A stretch of 47,578 nucleotides of DNA from Promethearchaeota archaeon (GTDB lineage: Archaea; Asgardarchaeota; Lokiarchaeia; Sigyniarchaeales; SOKP01), in assembly GCA_048941015.1 (NCBI GenBank), contig JBHLNZ010000021.1:1-47578 (forward strand), in the 5' to 3' direction. Of the stretch, positions 36,315-47,578 are shown one piece after another. The notes below the pieces were generated by a model that had not been told where the DNA came from, searched no databases, and saw nothing but the letters and a program-made list of their open reading frames with translations. Numbering within the stretch: the first letter of the stretch is position 1; each line of letters begins with the position of its first letter. Both the position numbers and the translations under genes were made by a program.

Positions 36315-36674
36315 ATGATTAAAAAAAATTATAAAGATGTAAAGAACCAAGAAGCAACTTTAGTTGATGGTACACCTGTTAAAAATGTTTACGTAAGATG
36401 GTTAATCGATAAAGAACGTGATAGCGCTCAAAATTTTGCTATGAGGCGTTTTGAAATTAAACCTAATACAAGTGTCCCAGTTCATAATCATCCACAGGAT
36501 CATGAAGTTTATATTTTAAATGGAAATGGGATTTTTTATAATGATTCAGGACAGAAAGAGAAAGTAGGCTCTGGTGATGTAATATATATTCCACCTAATG
36601 AAAATCATGGCATCGAAAATATTGGAAATGAAGATTTGATTTTCTTATGCTTAATTCCTTATTTTAATAAATAA
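36315..36674 (+). CDS. Cupin domain protein
   Basis: PVHNHPQDHEVYILNG and GDVIYIPPNENHG. Confidence 0.92.
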   Translation: MIKKNYKDVKNQEATLVDGTPVKNVYVRWLIDKERDSAQNFAMRRFEIKPNTSVPVHNHPQDHEVYILNGNGIFYNDSGQKEKVGSGDVIYIPPNENHGIENIGNEDLIFLCLIPYFNK

Positions 36675-36691
36675 ATTCTTATGTAAAAATA

Positions 36692-39151
36692 TCATTTTTT
36701 TTCTTCTTCATCGGAAATTTGTTTTGCACATTTCCCAATCGCAACAACGGAATCATCTTCATATAACTTAATCACTCTTACTCCTTTAGCTTTCCTATGA
36801 GTAATTCTGATTGAATCAACAGGAAGTCTTATAACTTGACCTTTTTCAGTACCTATAAGTAAATCCATATGCTCTGCTATTCGAATTGCTATAACTTCAT
36901 CCCCCTTTTCAGGGTTCAAGCTGATATTTCTTACTCCTTTAGCTCCTCTATTTGTTTTACGATATTCCTTCACTATGGTTCTTTGACCGAATCCATTTTT
37001 AGTTAATGTCAGGATAGTCTCATCATCTGTAACTAAAAGCGTATCTATAACTTCATCATTCTCTCGTAAGGCTGATCCTTTTACTCCCATCGAATTTCTA
37101 CCAAGTTCTCTTAATTCTGATTCTTCAAATTTTACTGCATAACCCAATTTAGTCGCAATAAAAATATCTTGAAGTTCATTTGTGAGCCGTCTTACACTTA
37201 CTAATTCATCATCTGATCTAATTCTTTGAGCTCTAACTCCAACATTTCTAATTTTTGAGAATAGTCGTAATGGTGTCTTCTTTATAATTCCATTCTTAGT
37301 TGTCATTATTAACATTTCATTTGTATGAAAATCTTTGATAGAAATCATAGAAGAGATCCTTTCCCCCTCCTTTAATGGTAAATAATTTACTATTGGTTTT
37401 CCTCTTGCTGTACGTGTTTGTAGTGGAATGTCAAAGCATTTTAATGAATAAACTCTCCCTTTTGAAGTAAAAAGCAAAATGGTGTCATGTGTTGAACCAA
37501 CAAACAAATCGTCAATAAGGTCTTCTTCACGAACAGTCATACCCTTTTTTCCACGACCGCCTCGTCTTTGAGCCTGATATTCTTTAAGAGAAATTCTTTT
37601 AATATATTGATTTTTAGTAAAAATAACAATTGTTGGCTCTTTCTTAATTAAATCCTTTTTTTCTATTTCTTTAAAATCCTCTGACTCTACAAATTGGATC
37701 TCCGTCCTTCTTTTGTCACCGTATTTCTTACTTAATTCTGCTAATTCATTTTTTATAATATTCAATCTAATTTTTTTACTTTTAATGATTTTATTATATT
37801 GATTTATGCTTTGATTCAATTCGATTTGCTCATCCAATAATTTTTGATGTTCCAAACTAGTTAATCTTGATAGTGGCATTCCTAGAATGGCTTGAACTTG
37901 AATATCGCTCAAAGTATATTCTGATTTTAGATTATCTTTTGCCTCATTCACATCCTTTGCATTCTTAATAATTTTAACTATATTATCAATATCATCCAAA
38001 GCGATTAAAAGGCCCTCAACCTTGTGTAATCTACTTTTAGCTTTACTTAGTAAAAATTTTGTTCTTTTAAGGACAATTTTCTCCCGATGTTCGATATATT
38101 CTTGAATTAATTCCTTAAGAGTTAATATTTTAGGTTGTTTGCCTTCATTTATTAGTACTAAATTCGTTATATTAAAACTTGTTAGCAATCTTGTTCTTTT
38201 AAATAATATGTTTTTTATTATTAGTGGTTGAGCTCCCTTAGATAATTCTAATACTATTCGCATACCCGTTCGATCAGACTCATCACGTAGGTCTCTAACA
38301 TCCTTTAGAATCCCATCTTTTATTAATCTAGCAATTGCTTCAATTAAATCAGATTTATTGATTAAATATGGTATTTCAGTAACAACTAAATTTGTCGTTT
38401 TACCTTTTATTTCTGTATCTACTTTACCAGTGATAGTTATAGCTCCCGTACCCGTTGAATATGCATTATAAATTCCGTTTGCGTCTGTAATTATTCCTCC
38501 TGTTGGAAAATCAGGTCCTTTTATAAATTCCATTAGCTCTTCAATGGAAATTTCAGGGTCATCAATAGTAGCAATTATACCTTCACAAATTTCTCCTAAA
38601 TTATGAGGCGGCATAGAAGTGGCCATTCCAACAGCAATTCCTTTAGTACCATTCAAAAGGATATTTGGTAATTTTGCAGGCAAATATATTGGTTCTGTCG
38701 TACTATCATCGAAATTAGGCTGAAATTCGACCGTTTCTTTATCTATATCTTCGATAAGTTCATTTGCTATTCGAGATAATCGTGCTTCGGTATATCTATA
38801 GGCGGCAGGAGGGTCTCCATCAATAGAACCAAAATTCCCTTGAGGATCTATTAAAGGATATCGTAAAGAAAAATCCTGTGCCATTCTAACTAAAGAATTA
38901 TATACTGCCATATCGCCATGAGGATGATAATTACCTAGAGTTTCACCTACTATTTTAGCGCATTTTACATGAGAACTAGTATAATACCAATTGTTAGTTG
39001 CCATAGCATAGATAATTCTTCGATGGACAGGTTTCAGACCATCTCTCACATCAGGAATCGCTCGACCAACTACAACTGACATGGCATAGTCGATATAACT
39101 GCTCTTCATTTCGTCTTTTAATGAGATTTCTTCAATCTGTTCTGTAGTCAT
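36692..39151 (-). CDS. gyrA: DNA gyrase subunit A
   Basis: RAIPDVRDGLKPVHRR, YHPHGD, AAYRYTE, GyrA box QRRGGRG, beta-pinwheel repeats. Confidence 0.98.
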   Translation of the reverse strand: MTTEQIEEISLKDEMKSSYIDYAMSVVVGRAIPDVRDGLKPVHRRIIYAMATNNWYYTSSHVKCAKIVGETLGNYHPHGDMAVYNSLVRMAQDFSLRYPLIDPQGNFGSIDGDPPAAYRYTEARLSRIANELIEDIDKETVEFQPNFDDSTTEPIYLPAKLPNILLNGTKGIAVGMATSMPPHNLGEICEGIIATIDDPEISIEELMEFIKGPDFPTGGIITDANGIYNAYSTGTGAITITGKVDTEIKGKTTNLVVTEIPYLINKSDLIEAIARLIKDGILKDVRDLRDESDRTGMRIVLELSKGAQPLIIKNILFKRTRLLTSFNITNLVLINEGKQPKILTLKELIQEYIEHREKIVLKRTKFLLSKAKSRLHKVEGLLIALDDIDNIVKIIKNAKDVNEAKDNLKSEYTLSDIQVQAILGMPLSRLTSLEHQKLLDEQIELNQSINQYNKIIKSKKIRLNIIKNELAELSKKYGDKRRTEIQFVESEDFKEIEKKDLIKKEPTIVIFTKNQYIKRISLKEYQAQRRGGRGKKGMTVREEDLIDDLFVGSTHDTILLFTSKGRVYSLKCFDIPLQTRTARGKPIVNYLPLKEGERISSMISIKDFHTNEMLIMTTKNGIIKKTPLRLFSKIRNVGVRAQRIRSDDELVSVRRLTNELQDIFIATKLGYAVKFEESELRELGRNSMGVKGSALRENDEVIDTLLVTDDETILTLTKNGFGQRTIVKEYRKTNRGAKGVRNISLNPEKGDEVIAIRIAEHMDLLIGTEKGQVIRLPVDSIRITHRKAKGVRVIKLYEDDSVVAIGKCAKQISDEEEKK

Positions 39152-39194
39152 AAAAATTACCTTTTTTAATAATAAACAAAATAGAATAATAATA

Positions 39195-41213
<2,019 letters not shown>

Positions 41214-41659
41214 CTATTCTTTTTGATACCTTTTGTAATAGTAAATTTATCAGTTCTTATTTGAACTAAAGTGATAAATTATCAATTTACATATAATATA
41301 TGGTATTACTTTAATTTAAATATAAGCACAGTTTTTAGTCGTTTGAAAAAAAGAGATGGCTTACTATGAAAGCGTAATTAATGAAATACTAATGATTTTT
41401 ATATGAGAAACCTAATTCTGCCATTAAATTTTATGTAACTAATTTTTCAGTCCACATTTTCAACTTTAAAAAAAAGTTAAATTTTGACGAGAGATTCACT
41501 TTTTCTTTATAAGTTTTAACAGACTAGTGATATATTATAAAAATTTCAATAGTTTTATCCTTTTTTGGTACAAAATTTAACTGAATGGAAAAAGAAGGAC
41601 ATTTAAAAAAAGAAAAAAATATCAATTTTTGGTTTTAATTTTTTTAATTATTATGAATG

Positions 41660-41745
41660 ATGCTACAATGGTACTAACTCCTAAAAAGAATATTATACTA
41701 TACCCTGGAATCGCATCAGAATAGGAGCATAGTATTTGATGGCAT
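41660..41745 (+). ncRNA. Candidate structured RNA (nested stems) in the gyrB-folP intergenic region
   Basis: ATGCTA/TGGCAT, TACTA/TAGTA and CTCCTA/TAGGAG pair in nested order; less AT-skewed than the flanks. Confidence 0.3.
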
Positions 41746-41798
41746 TGGTAAAAAGATCCTTTCCTATTTATTATCCAAATAGAATAAGGGAGAGAAAT

Positions 41799-42665
41799 TT
41801 AAGATTTGTAATTTCGTAAAATTCTTGCCATATTAATCATATCCAGGAGATTACTATCAATATCATGGGTACGGATAATGTGAGCACCGTTATAAACAGC
41901 AATACTAGTTGCTGACAATGTTCCACTTAATCTCTCTTCAGGATCTGATCGATTTAAAGTTGAAGCTATAAAAGATTTTCTGGATATTGCTACTAATATG
42001 GGTTTTTCTAAAATTTTTAACTTCGATAAGTTATTAATTATCTTTAAATCGTAGATATATGTCTTCTTTTCGACCCAATGACCAATTCCTGGGTCTAAGA
42101 TTATTTTATTTTCATTATATCCTTTTAATTTTAAACTTTTTATAATTTGTTTAAACCCTTTTATTATTTCTTCGATAGTTAATAGATCTCCAGGAACTTT
42201 TTTTGATGCCATCAAAATTATGGGGAGATCGTTTTTTATAATAAATTCTTGAAGTTTAGGATCCGTCTTAAGACAGCTTACATCATTAATAATAATCCTT
42301 TTATTAAATTGTTTTGATATTTCTAAAGCTCTTTCTGCTACTTTTTGGTATTGTGTATCAACTGAGATGATGATCTCTCTTGGAATTATTTCACAAACTT
42401 TGTTCATTGCGGGAGTAAATCGTTTAAGTTCTTCATCTATGCTTATTTTTTCAGACCATGGAGCTGTAGAGCGAGCACCTAAGTCAAGAATTTTTGCTCC
42501 ATTGGTAATCATTCTCATTGTTGCCTTTTCTAAATCGTCTAATTCTTCATAAATAGAACCCTTATAGAAGGATTCAGGGCTTAAATTTAGTACTCCCATA
42601 ATAACAGTAGGAAAATCATCACCTATTTCTAAAAAATCATAGAATTTCTCATAAATTTTATTCAT
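41799..42665 (-). CDS. folP: Dihydropteroate synthase
   Basis: IMGVLNLSPESF, LDLGARSTAP, ISVDT, IINDVS, ILDPGIG, ISRKSFI, IIRTHD. Confidence 0.92.
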   Translation of the reverse strand: MNKIYEKFYDFLEIGDDFPTVIMGVLNLSPESFYKGSIYEELDDLEKATMRMITNGAKILDLGARSTAPWSEKISIDEELKRFTPAMNKVCEIIPREIIISVDTQYQKVAERALEISKQFNKRIIINDVSCLKTDPKLQEFIIKNDLPIILMASKKVPGDLLTIEEIIKGFKQIIKSLKLKGYNENKIILDPGIGHWVEKKTYIYDLKIINNLSKLKILEKPILVAISRKSFIASTLNRSDPEERLSGTLSATSIAVYNGAHIIRTHDIDSNLLDMINMARILRNYKS

Positions 42666-42860
42666 ATGGATCTAGTTTTTAAAAAAGATTTGAAATATTT
42701 TTAATGAGCATTTGTCTATACATATGCATGGGCTTATATAAAAATATTTAATATATAGAATTTTATTTGGATGCTTCTTTCCAACTAGATTTAAATACGT
42801 TAAAAATTCAATTTTATTTAGTGATTATTTCTAAAAAAAAGAGTAAAGGGAAAAAAAGTT

Positions 42861-43373
42861 ATGGTAAAAGAATTAACAAAAAAAATGATTGATCTTGTGA
42901 GATTGCAAATGCTTTATAATATTTCTAATGGATGGTCTTGGTATGCATATAAAAAATTGGGACCAAAAGATATTATTGAAATAGAAATGGAAATGTGGGA
43001 TAACTTAATGCCTCCTGCTGTGGATTTATTGTATCAACTAATTGAACCAGAGGGAAGTAACATTGAAAAAGCAAGACAAGTACTTACTCAAGTGAGTAAA
43101 ATTAGCGGTTATGCTCTCAAAAATATCGAAGAATCTACAGAATCACTAAAATGGGAATATAAAGTTTGCCCAAATTGGAATTCTATGATTCAAATGGGTT
43201 TAGATGATTATTTATCTATAGATGGAAAACCAGCAAAAGTTTCATGTATCCATGGTTGTACTAAAATTCATACACATTATTTTAACAAGATTAACCCTAA
43301 AATAAAAGTACAATCTATAAAGAATAGACCGAATGCGGATAAAACATGCATTTTTAAATTATCTTTTGAATGA
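42861..43373 (+). CDS. Hypothetical Cys-containing protein, V4R/ATC-hydrolase-like fold suspected
   Basis: VCPNW...SCIHGC...INPKIKV...TCIFKL pattern. Confidence 0.55.
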   Translation: MVKELTKKMIDLVRLQMLYNISNGWSWYAYKKLGPKDIIEIEMEMWDNLMPPAVDLLYQLIEPEGSNIEKARQVLTQVSKISGYALKNIEESTESLKWEYKVCPNWNSMIQMGLDDYLSIDGKPAKVSCIHGCTKIHTHYFNKINPKIKVQSIKNRPNADKTCIFKLSFE

Positions 43374-43454
43374 TTCAATAAAGATATATACTATTCATTA
43401 GGATCTAATTTTTAAAAAAAATATTTCAAATAAGTTTAATTCTTTTCAATTATC

Positions 43455-44237
43455 ATGGAATTGTTTTCGATTAAGCTTCCTCTTATTAAGCAAAATGATC
43501 CATTACTTGAAATCATAATAGAAAAAATAAGGGAAAAAGGGGACTCACTAAAAGAAGGAGACATTATAGTAATAGCCGAAAAAGTAATTGCTACCTCGCA
43601 GGGCAGAGTTAGGGATTTATCTGATGTAAATAATGCCTCCGATAAAGCATTAGAGTTGGCAAGTAAATATGATATGGACGAAAGATACGTGCAATTGATT
43701 TTAGATGAAGCTACAATGATCCTAGGAGGAATGAAACATGTAATTCTAGCGAAGGTAAACGATTTTTTAATTGCAAATGCAGGTATCGATCAATCAAACG
43801 CGGGAATTGGTAAGGTGGTTTTACTTCCAAGCAATCTTAGAGATGTGGTGTGGAAATTTTGGAAGGAGTTAAAAAATGCTTTTAAGATAAATAATTTAGG
43901 CGTTATTATTGCTGATTCACGTGTCCAACCTCTGAGAAAAGGAACCATTGGAATCGCTATAGCGACCGCAGGATTTGAACCAATTGAAGATTTGCGTGGG
44001 CATCCTGATCTTTTCAATAGACCAATGGAGATAACTATGAGAGCTATAGCAGATGATCTTGCAAGTGCAGCTCAATTTCTTTTAAGTGAAGCAAATCAAC
44101 AAACCCCTATCGTAATAATTAGAGGGAGCAATGTCGAATTTACTGATAATCCAAAATTAACTACTGAAATGGCTCCTGAAGAATGCCTCTACATGAATAT
44201 TTTTTCTAAATATCTTCTAAGAAAAAAGGAAGATTGA
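43455..44237 (+). CDS. cofE: CofE-family gamma-glutamyl ligase (F420-0:glutamate ligase or folate-related)
   Basis: GDIIVIAEKVIA.SQG, ANAGIDQSN, GVIIADS...PLRKG..GIA, DLRG..DLF.R, ADDLASAA, TPIVIIRG. Confidence 0.88.
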   Translation: MELFSIKLPLIKQNDPLLEIIIEKIREKGDSLKEGDIIVIAEKVIATSQGRVRDLSDVNNASDKALELASKYDMDERYVQLILDEATMILGGMKHVILAKVNDFLIANAGIDQSNAGIGKVVLLPSNLRDVVWKFWKELKNAFKINNLGVIIADSRVQPLRKGTIGIAIATAGFEPIEDLRGHPDLFNRPMEITMRAIADDLASAAQFLLSEANQQTPIVIIRGSNVEFTDNPKLTTEMAPEECLYMNIFSKYLLRKKED

Positions 44238-44280
44238 AAATTCTCTTTTGCTTTTTACCTAGAAATAAGAGCAAAGTTAG

Positions 44281-44355
44281 TTTTAATCTTTCTAGAGCCC
44301 CTTTTATTAATATAGGGAGGGCACTTGTAGCGTCACACCATACACATATGAATGA
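44281..44355 (-). pseudogene. Remnant of the 3' end of a second deoxyhypusine synthase gene
   Basis: Translates SFICVWCDATSALPILIKGALERLK versus KYVSVWCDATIALPILTVGLLQRLK in 44804..45793; in-frame TAA just upstream and no start. Confidence 0.8.
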
Positions 44356-44509
44356 TAGACTTTAATAAACCCAGATTAGATGAGATAAATCAAATAAATA
44401 ACAATTTTATAAAGAAAGATTTAAATACATAAATACTTTTAATTAGGATTGATATAAAGTATTTGTATAATTCTTATTAAATTAAAAATAAAATTAAAAA
44501 GGGAAAAAA

Positions 44510-44677
44510 ATGGAGTTAAATGAAGAATTAGGATTTAATAAAGGGAAAGATGATGAAGATTGGGATGATGATGATTGGGATGATGACGATGATGAGTGGG
44601 ACGATGAAGATGATTGGGATGACGAAGATGATCGGGATGATTTTGACGATAATGATGATTTAGAATTATATAGTTGA
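44510..44677 (+). CDS. 55-aa hyper-acidic Asp/Trp-repeat microprotein
   Basis: MELNEELGFNKGKDDEDWDDDDWDDDDDEWDDEDDWDDEDDRDDFDDNDDLELYS*; AAGGGA upstream; mixed GAT/GAC codons with the frame conserved. Confidence 0.7.
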   Translation: MELNEELGFNKGKDDEDWDDDDWDDDDDEWDDEDDWDDEDDRDDFDDNDDLELYS

Positions 44678-44803
44678 GAAAAATATCTAATAAAATTGTA
44701 TTAATTTAAATCCTTTAATTTTCGAATGTCTGTTTAAATCACACTCCTACTTACTCTTATCCACTACCATATTGCTATAAAAATTAGAGAGTTATATTTA
44801 ATT

Positions 44804-45793
44804 TTATATAATCTTTAATCTCTGCAATAACCCTACAGTCAGAATTGGTAATGCTATTGTAGCATCGCACCACACACTTACATATTTAGATTCTAAAGAA
44901 TATTTACCCCAAGATTTTGATTCCGAGACAGTACAACCAGAAAGACCACCATCATATTCAACAGCAGTATGTATCCTTACAGAATAGTTGTATCCCATTG
45001 TCTCGATATTTTCAATTTGATCTAATAAGGGAAAAATTTGTTGAGCCCAATTTCTCGGAACACCACCACCTATGATAAAAGTTCCATATTCTTTAAATTT
45101 TTTAATTATTTCAGCAAATTTTAAGACATCTCCAAAAATGTCAAATTTGAATTTATATCCTTCTCTAACAGAATATTTTATTAAATCAAGAGCTAATTCT
45201 GAATCAGTAAATGCTGGAACAAATACAGGAATATTATGAGCAGATGCTGTCGAAAGAATACTTTTATTATTTACTTTCTTACCTACTTCATATAAAAAAT
45301 CAGAAGGTATGATCTCAATATCCTTAGAATCAAATAATTGGCGCACAATTTCAAGTAATTTCTCTTCTGCTAATTTATAATTTTCTTCAGGAAGAAAAGT
45401 ATCATAAATCCTGTTAATTCGTAAATTAAATAATTCTTCATCATCTACATTAGAAGTACCTATGTAATGTCCAACATTAGCAACAGAATCAACTAAATCA
45501 TGAATAACATTTGCTCCAGTACTTACAATTACATCTATTAAATTATGATCAATTAAAGTACATATTAATTTACCCATACCAGCGGGTACCATAGCACCAC
45601 TTAAAGTTAAAACAGTTAGTATGTTTTCATCGTTAACCATTTTATAAAGGATATCTAAAGCTCTTCCTAAATTTCTTCCTTGAAAACCACAATCTCGCAA
45701 TGATTTCAAAAGATCATCAACATTTTTAACCTTTTTAGCATCAAAAGGAATTATCTTTCGAATTAAAAAATCTTCTTTATTATGATTCTTCAT
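44804..45793 (-). CDS. dys: Deoxyhypusine synthase
   Basis: GFQGRNL, LSGAMVPAG, STGAN..HD, RINRIYD, IGGGVPRN, DGGLSG...ESKSWGK (catalytic Lys), DATIALP. Confidence 0.93.
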   Translation of the reverse strand: MKNHNKEDFLIRKIIPFDAKKVKNVDDLLKSLRDCGFQGRNLGRALDILYKMVNDENILTVLTLSGAMVPAGMGKLICTLIDHNLIDVIVSTGANVIHDLVDSVANVGHYIGTSNVDDEELFNLRINRIYDTFLPEENYKLAEEKLLEIVRQLFDSKDIEIIPSDFLYEVGKKVNNKSILSTASAHNIPVFVPAFTDSELALDLIKYSVREGYKFKFDIFGDVLKFAEIIKKFKEYGTFIIGGGVPRNWAQQIFPLLDQIENIETMGYNYSVRIHTAVEYDGGLSGCTVSESKSWGKYSLESKYVSVWCDATIALPILTVGLLQRLKII

Positions 45794-46142
45794 TTTTCAA
45801 CGAATTAATAATAAATTATTATAGGAAGTTAAACAAATTTTTCATAAAAAGTTTGTTATATTTAATTGAGGTTACTAAAAATACGTAATTTAACATTATA
45901 TGATAAATCTTACACATATATCGATTTAGACAGAAAGAATTATTACTTTCTTATTTATAATTTTCTTATAGCATTTTAATGAATTAAGGATTCTTTTAAG
46001 CTAACTTTATATGAATCAAGTTGAATGATTTAATTATGTATTTAATTACATCTATTTGTTTCTATAACATTAAATAAGTTTAAATAATACTAATATATAT
46101 TATTTAATTAATTTAAAGAGATTATAAAATTTAGATTGAGAG

Positions 46143-46691
46143 ATGTCGCTTGTCCCAAAGAAGGTATTCTTTACTAAGGGTGAAGGTTACCATAAGTCTA
46201 AGTTAGCAGCTTTTGAGGAAGCTTTAAGGGATGCAGGAATTGAAAAGTATAATTTAGTTAATGTCTCATCTATTTTACCACCTTATTGTATAGAAATACA
46301 GAGAGAAGATGGATTAAAACAATTGAGACCAGGGCAAATAGTTTTTGCTGTAATGGCTAGATCAGATTCTAATGAATTTAATCGTTTAATTTGTGCCTCT
46401 ATTGGTGTAGCAAAACCTGCGGATAAGGGGCAATATGGATATTTAAGTGAACATCATACATTTGGTGTTAAACCTGAAAATGCGGGAGACACCGCTGAAG
46501 ACTTAGCTGCTGAGATGTTAGCAACGACTTTAGGGATAGATTTTGATCCCAATGCTAATTACGATGAAAAAAAAGAAGTCTTTAAAATGGGAGGAAAAAT
46601 TGTAGAAACGAAAAATATTACTGCTCATGCTACAGTCAGAAATGAAAATGAATGGGCTTCAGTTCTAGCAGCCGCAGTTTTCATTTTATAG
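46143..46691 (+). CDS. pdaD: Pyruvoyl-dependent arginine decarboxylase
   Basis: FE.ALRDAGI..YNLV.VSSILPP (Ser-Ser self-cleavage site), YGYLSEHH, AEDLAAEMLATTLG. Confidence 0.95.
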   Translation: MSLVPKKVFFTKGEGYHKSKLAAFEEALRDAGIEKYNLVNVSSILPPYCIEIQREDGLKQLRPGQIVFAVMARSDSNEFNRLICASIGVAKPADKGQYGYLSEHHTFGVKPENAGDTAEDLAAEMLATTLGIDFDPNANYDEKKEVFKMGGKIVETKNITAHATVRNENEWASVLAAAVFIL

Positions 46692-46844
46692 AGAGAGAAG
46701 ATTATTAAAATGTTTTTTTAATTATATCTGTATAATTTTAAACAATTTTCTTGATTTTTTAATAAAAAAAATCAATTACAGTGAAATTTTTTAGAAATCT
46801 TTTATTCATTAGGTTACATTAATTATTATTCTTTGAATTTAAGA

Positions 46845-47578
46845 ATGAAAAATTCAAATTACATTACTATTGAAGAAGCACTAAAGAAAGGTTCTGGTAA
46901 AGTAAATTTGAGAGGTTGGGTTTATCGCCATCGAGCATCAAATAAATTTATCTTTATTGTTCTTAGGGATGAATCTGATATAATTCAATGTGTCATTGCT
47001 AAAAGCAAGCATCCAGAACTCTTTGAAAAAGCTGAAAAACTAACTATTGAAACCTCAATTCAAATAATAGGCGATATCAAAAAAGATGAAAGAGCTCCTA
47101 CTGGTTATGAGATCTCTGTGTCAGATTTGGAAATTTTTCAAATTGCTGAGCCATTTCCAATAACTGAACATCAATCCCCTGAACTTCTATATGATAACCG
47201 TCATCTATGGTTAAGATCGAGAAAATTAACTGCCATAATGAAAATACGCCATACTGTTGTAGGAGCAATTCATGAGTTTTTTCGAGGTCGTGGCTATTAT
47301 GAATTTGATGCCCCAATTTTTCAACCTAGCATGTCTGAAGGGGGATCTACATTATTTGAGGTAAAATATTTTGAAGATAAAGTATACTTAAGCCAATCTT
47401 GGCAACTTTATGCTGAGGCTGGTATCTTTTCATTAGGAAAAATTTATAATATGGGACCAACCTTTAGAGCAGAAAGATCAAAAACATCAAGACATTTAGC
47501 AGAATTTTGGATGGCTGAAATGGAAGCAGCATGGATGAGGCTTGATGAGATCACTGAAGTTGCTAAAGATGAAATTAG
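46845..47578 (+). CDS. asnS: Asparaginyl-tRNA synthetase; 3' end runs off the window
   Basis: Manual translation LRGWVYRHR...FIVLRD...DERAPTGYE...NRHLWLRS...EGGSTLF...YLSQSWQLYAE...PTFRAERSKTSRHLAEFWMAE; absent from the ORF track. Confidence 0.93.
   Translation, partial: MKNSNYITIEEALKKGSGKVNLRGWVYRHRASNKFIFIVLRDESDIIQCVIAKSKHPELFEKAEKLTIETSIQIIGDIKKDERAPTGYEISVSDLEIFQIAEPFPITEHQSPELLYDNRHLWLRSRKLTAIMKIRHTVVGAIHEFFRGRGYYEFDAPIFQPSMSEGGSTLFEVKYFEDKVYLSQSWQLYAEAGIFSLGKIYNMGPTFRAERSKTSRHLAEFWMAEMEAAWMRLDEITEVAKDEI

Noticed and set aside
41653-41724. 23-codon ORF with KKNIILYPG resembling an McrB/AAA Walker A lead-in
   Set aside because: No GxxGxGKT follows in any nearby frame and it is too short to support homology
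47098-47316. 72-aa minus-strand ORF
   Set aside because: Antisense to asparaginyl-tRNA synthetase

Overview
AT-rich archaeal chromosomal segment whose gene content points strongly to an Asgard archaeon, probably Lokiarchaeia. The evidence is an actin-related protein, a gelsolin-domain protein, a Roadblock protein, an MglA-type GTPase, a Vps29-like phosphoesterase, a GIFT/IFT52-like protein, an intron-containing tRNA, and archaeal DHS, PdaD, CofE and AsnRS alongside bacterial-type gyrAB. No CRISPR array or mobile element was seen. The most striking structure is a co-oriented block at about 20.0-30.4 kb. It starts with gelsolin-X, Roadblock and a protein built from three CDC48-N-like barrels, a Pro-rich linker and a vWA domain. 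It continues with an apparent operon of AbrB-ACT, a coiled-coil protein, an actin-related protein, a helical+CHAT protein and a coiled-coil+PLD-fold protein. In that operon all three enzyme folds have lost their catalytic residues, so it is a candidate pseudoenzyme scaffold or cytoskeletal complex. A second candidate system (7.5-12.3 kb) combines zinc-ribbon membrane proteins, an NfeD-like protein with 34 Asp-His-X-type tripeptides, a flotillin and a beta-carbonic anhydrase. Features missing from the ORF track include a FixX ferredoxin in frame behind the FixC stop codon with no standard start, tRNA-Thr, a two-intron tRNA-Met, two Asp/Trp microproteins, a DHS gene remnant, a candidate structured RNA and two edge-truncated genes. 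All family calls come from reading motifs by eye, not from database searches.
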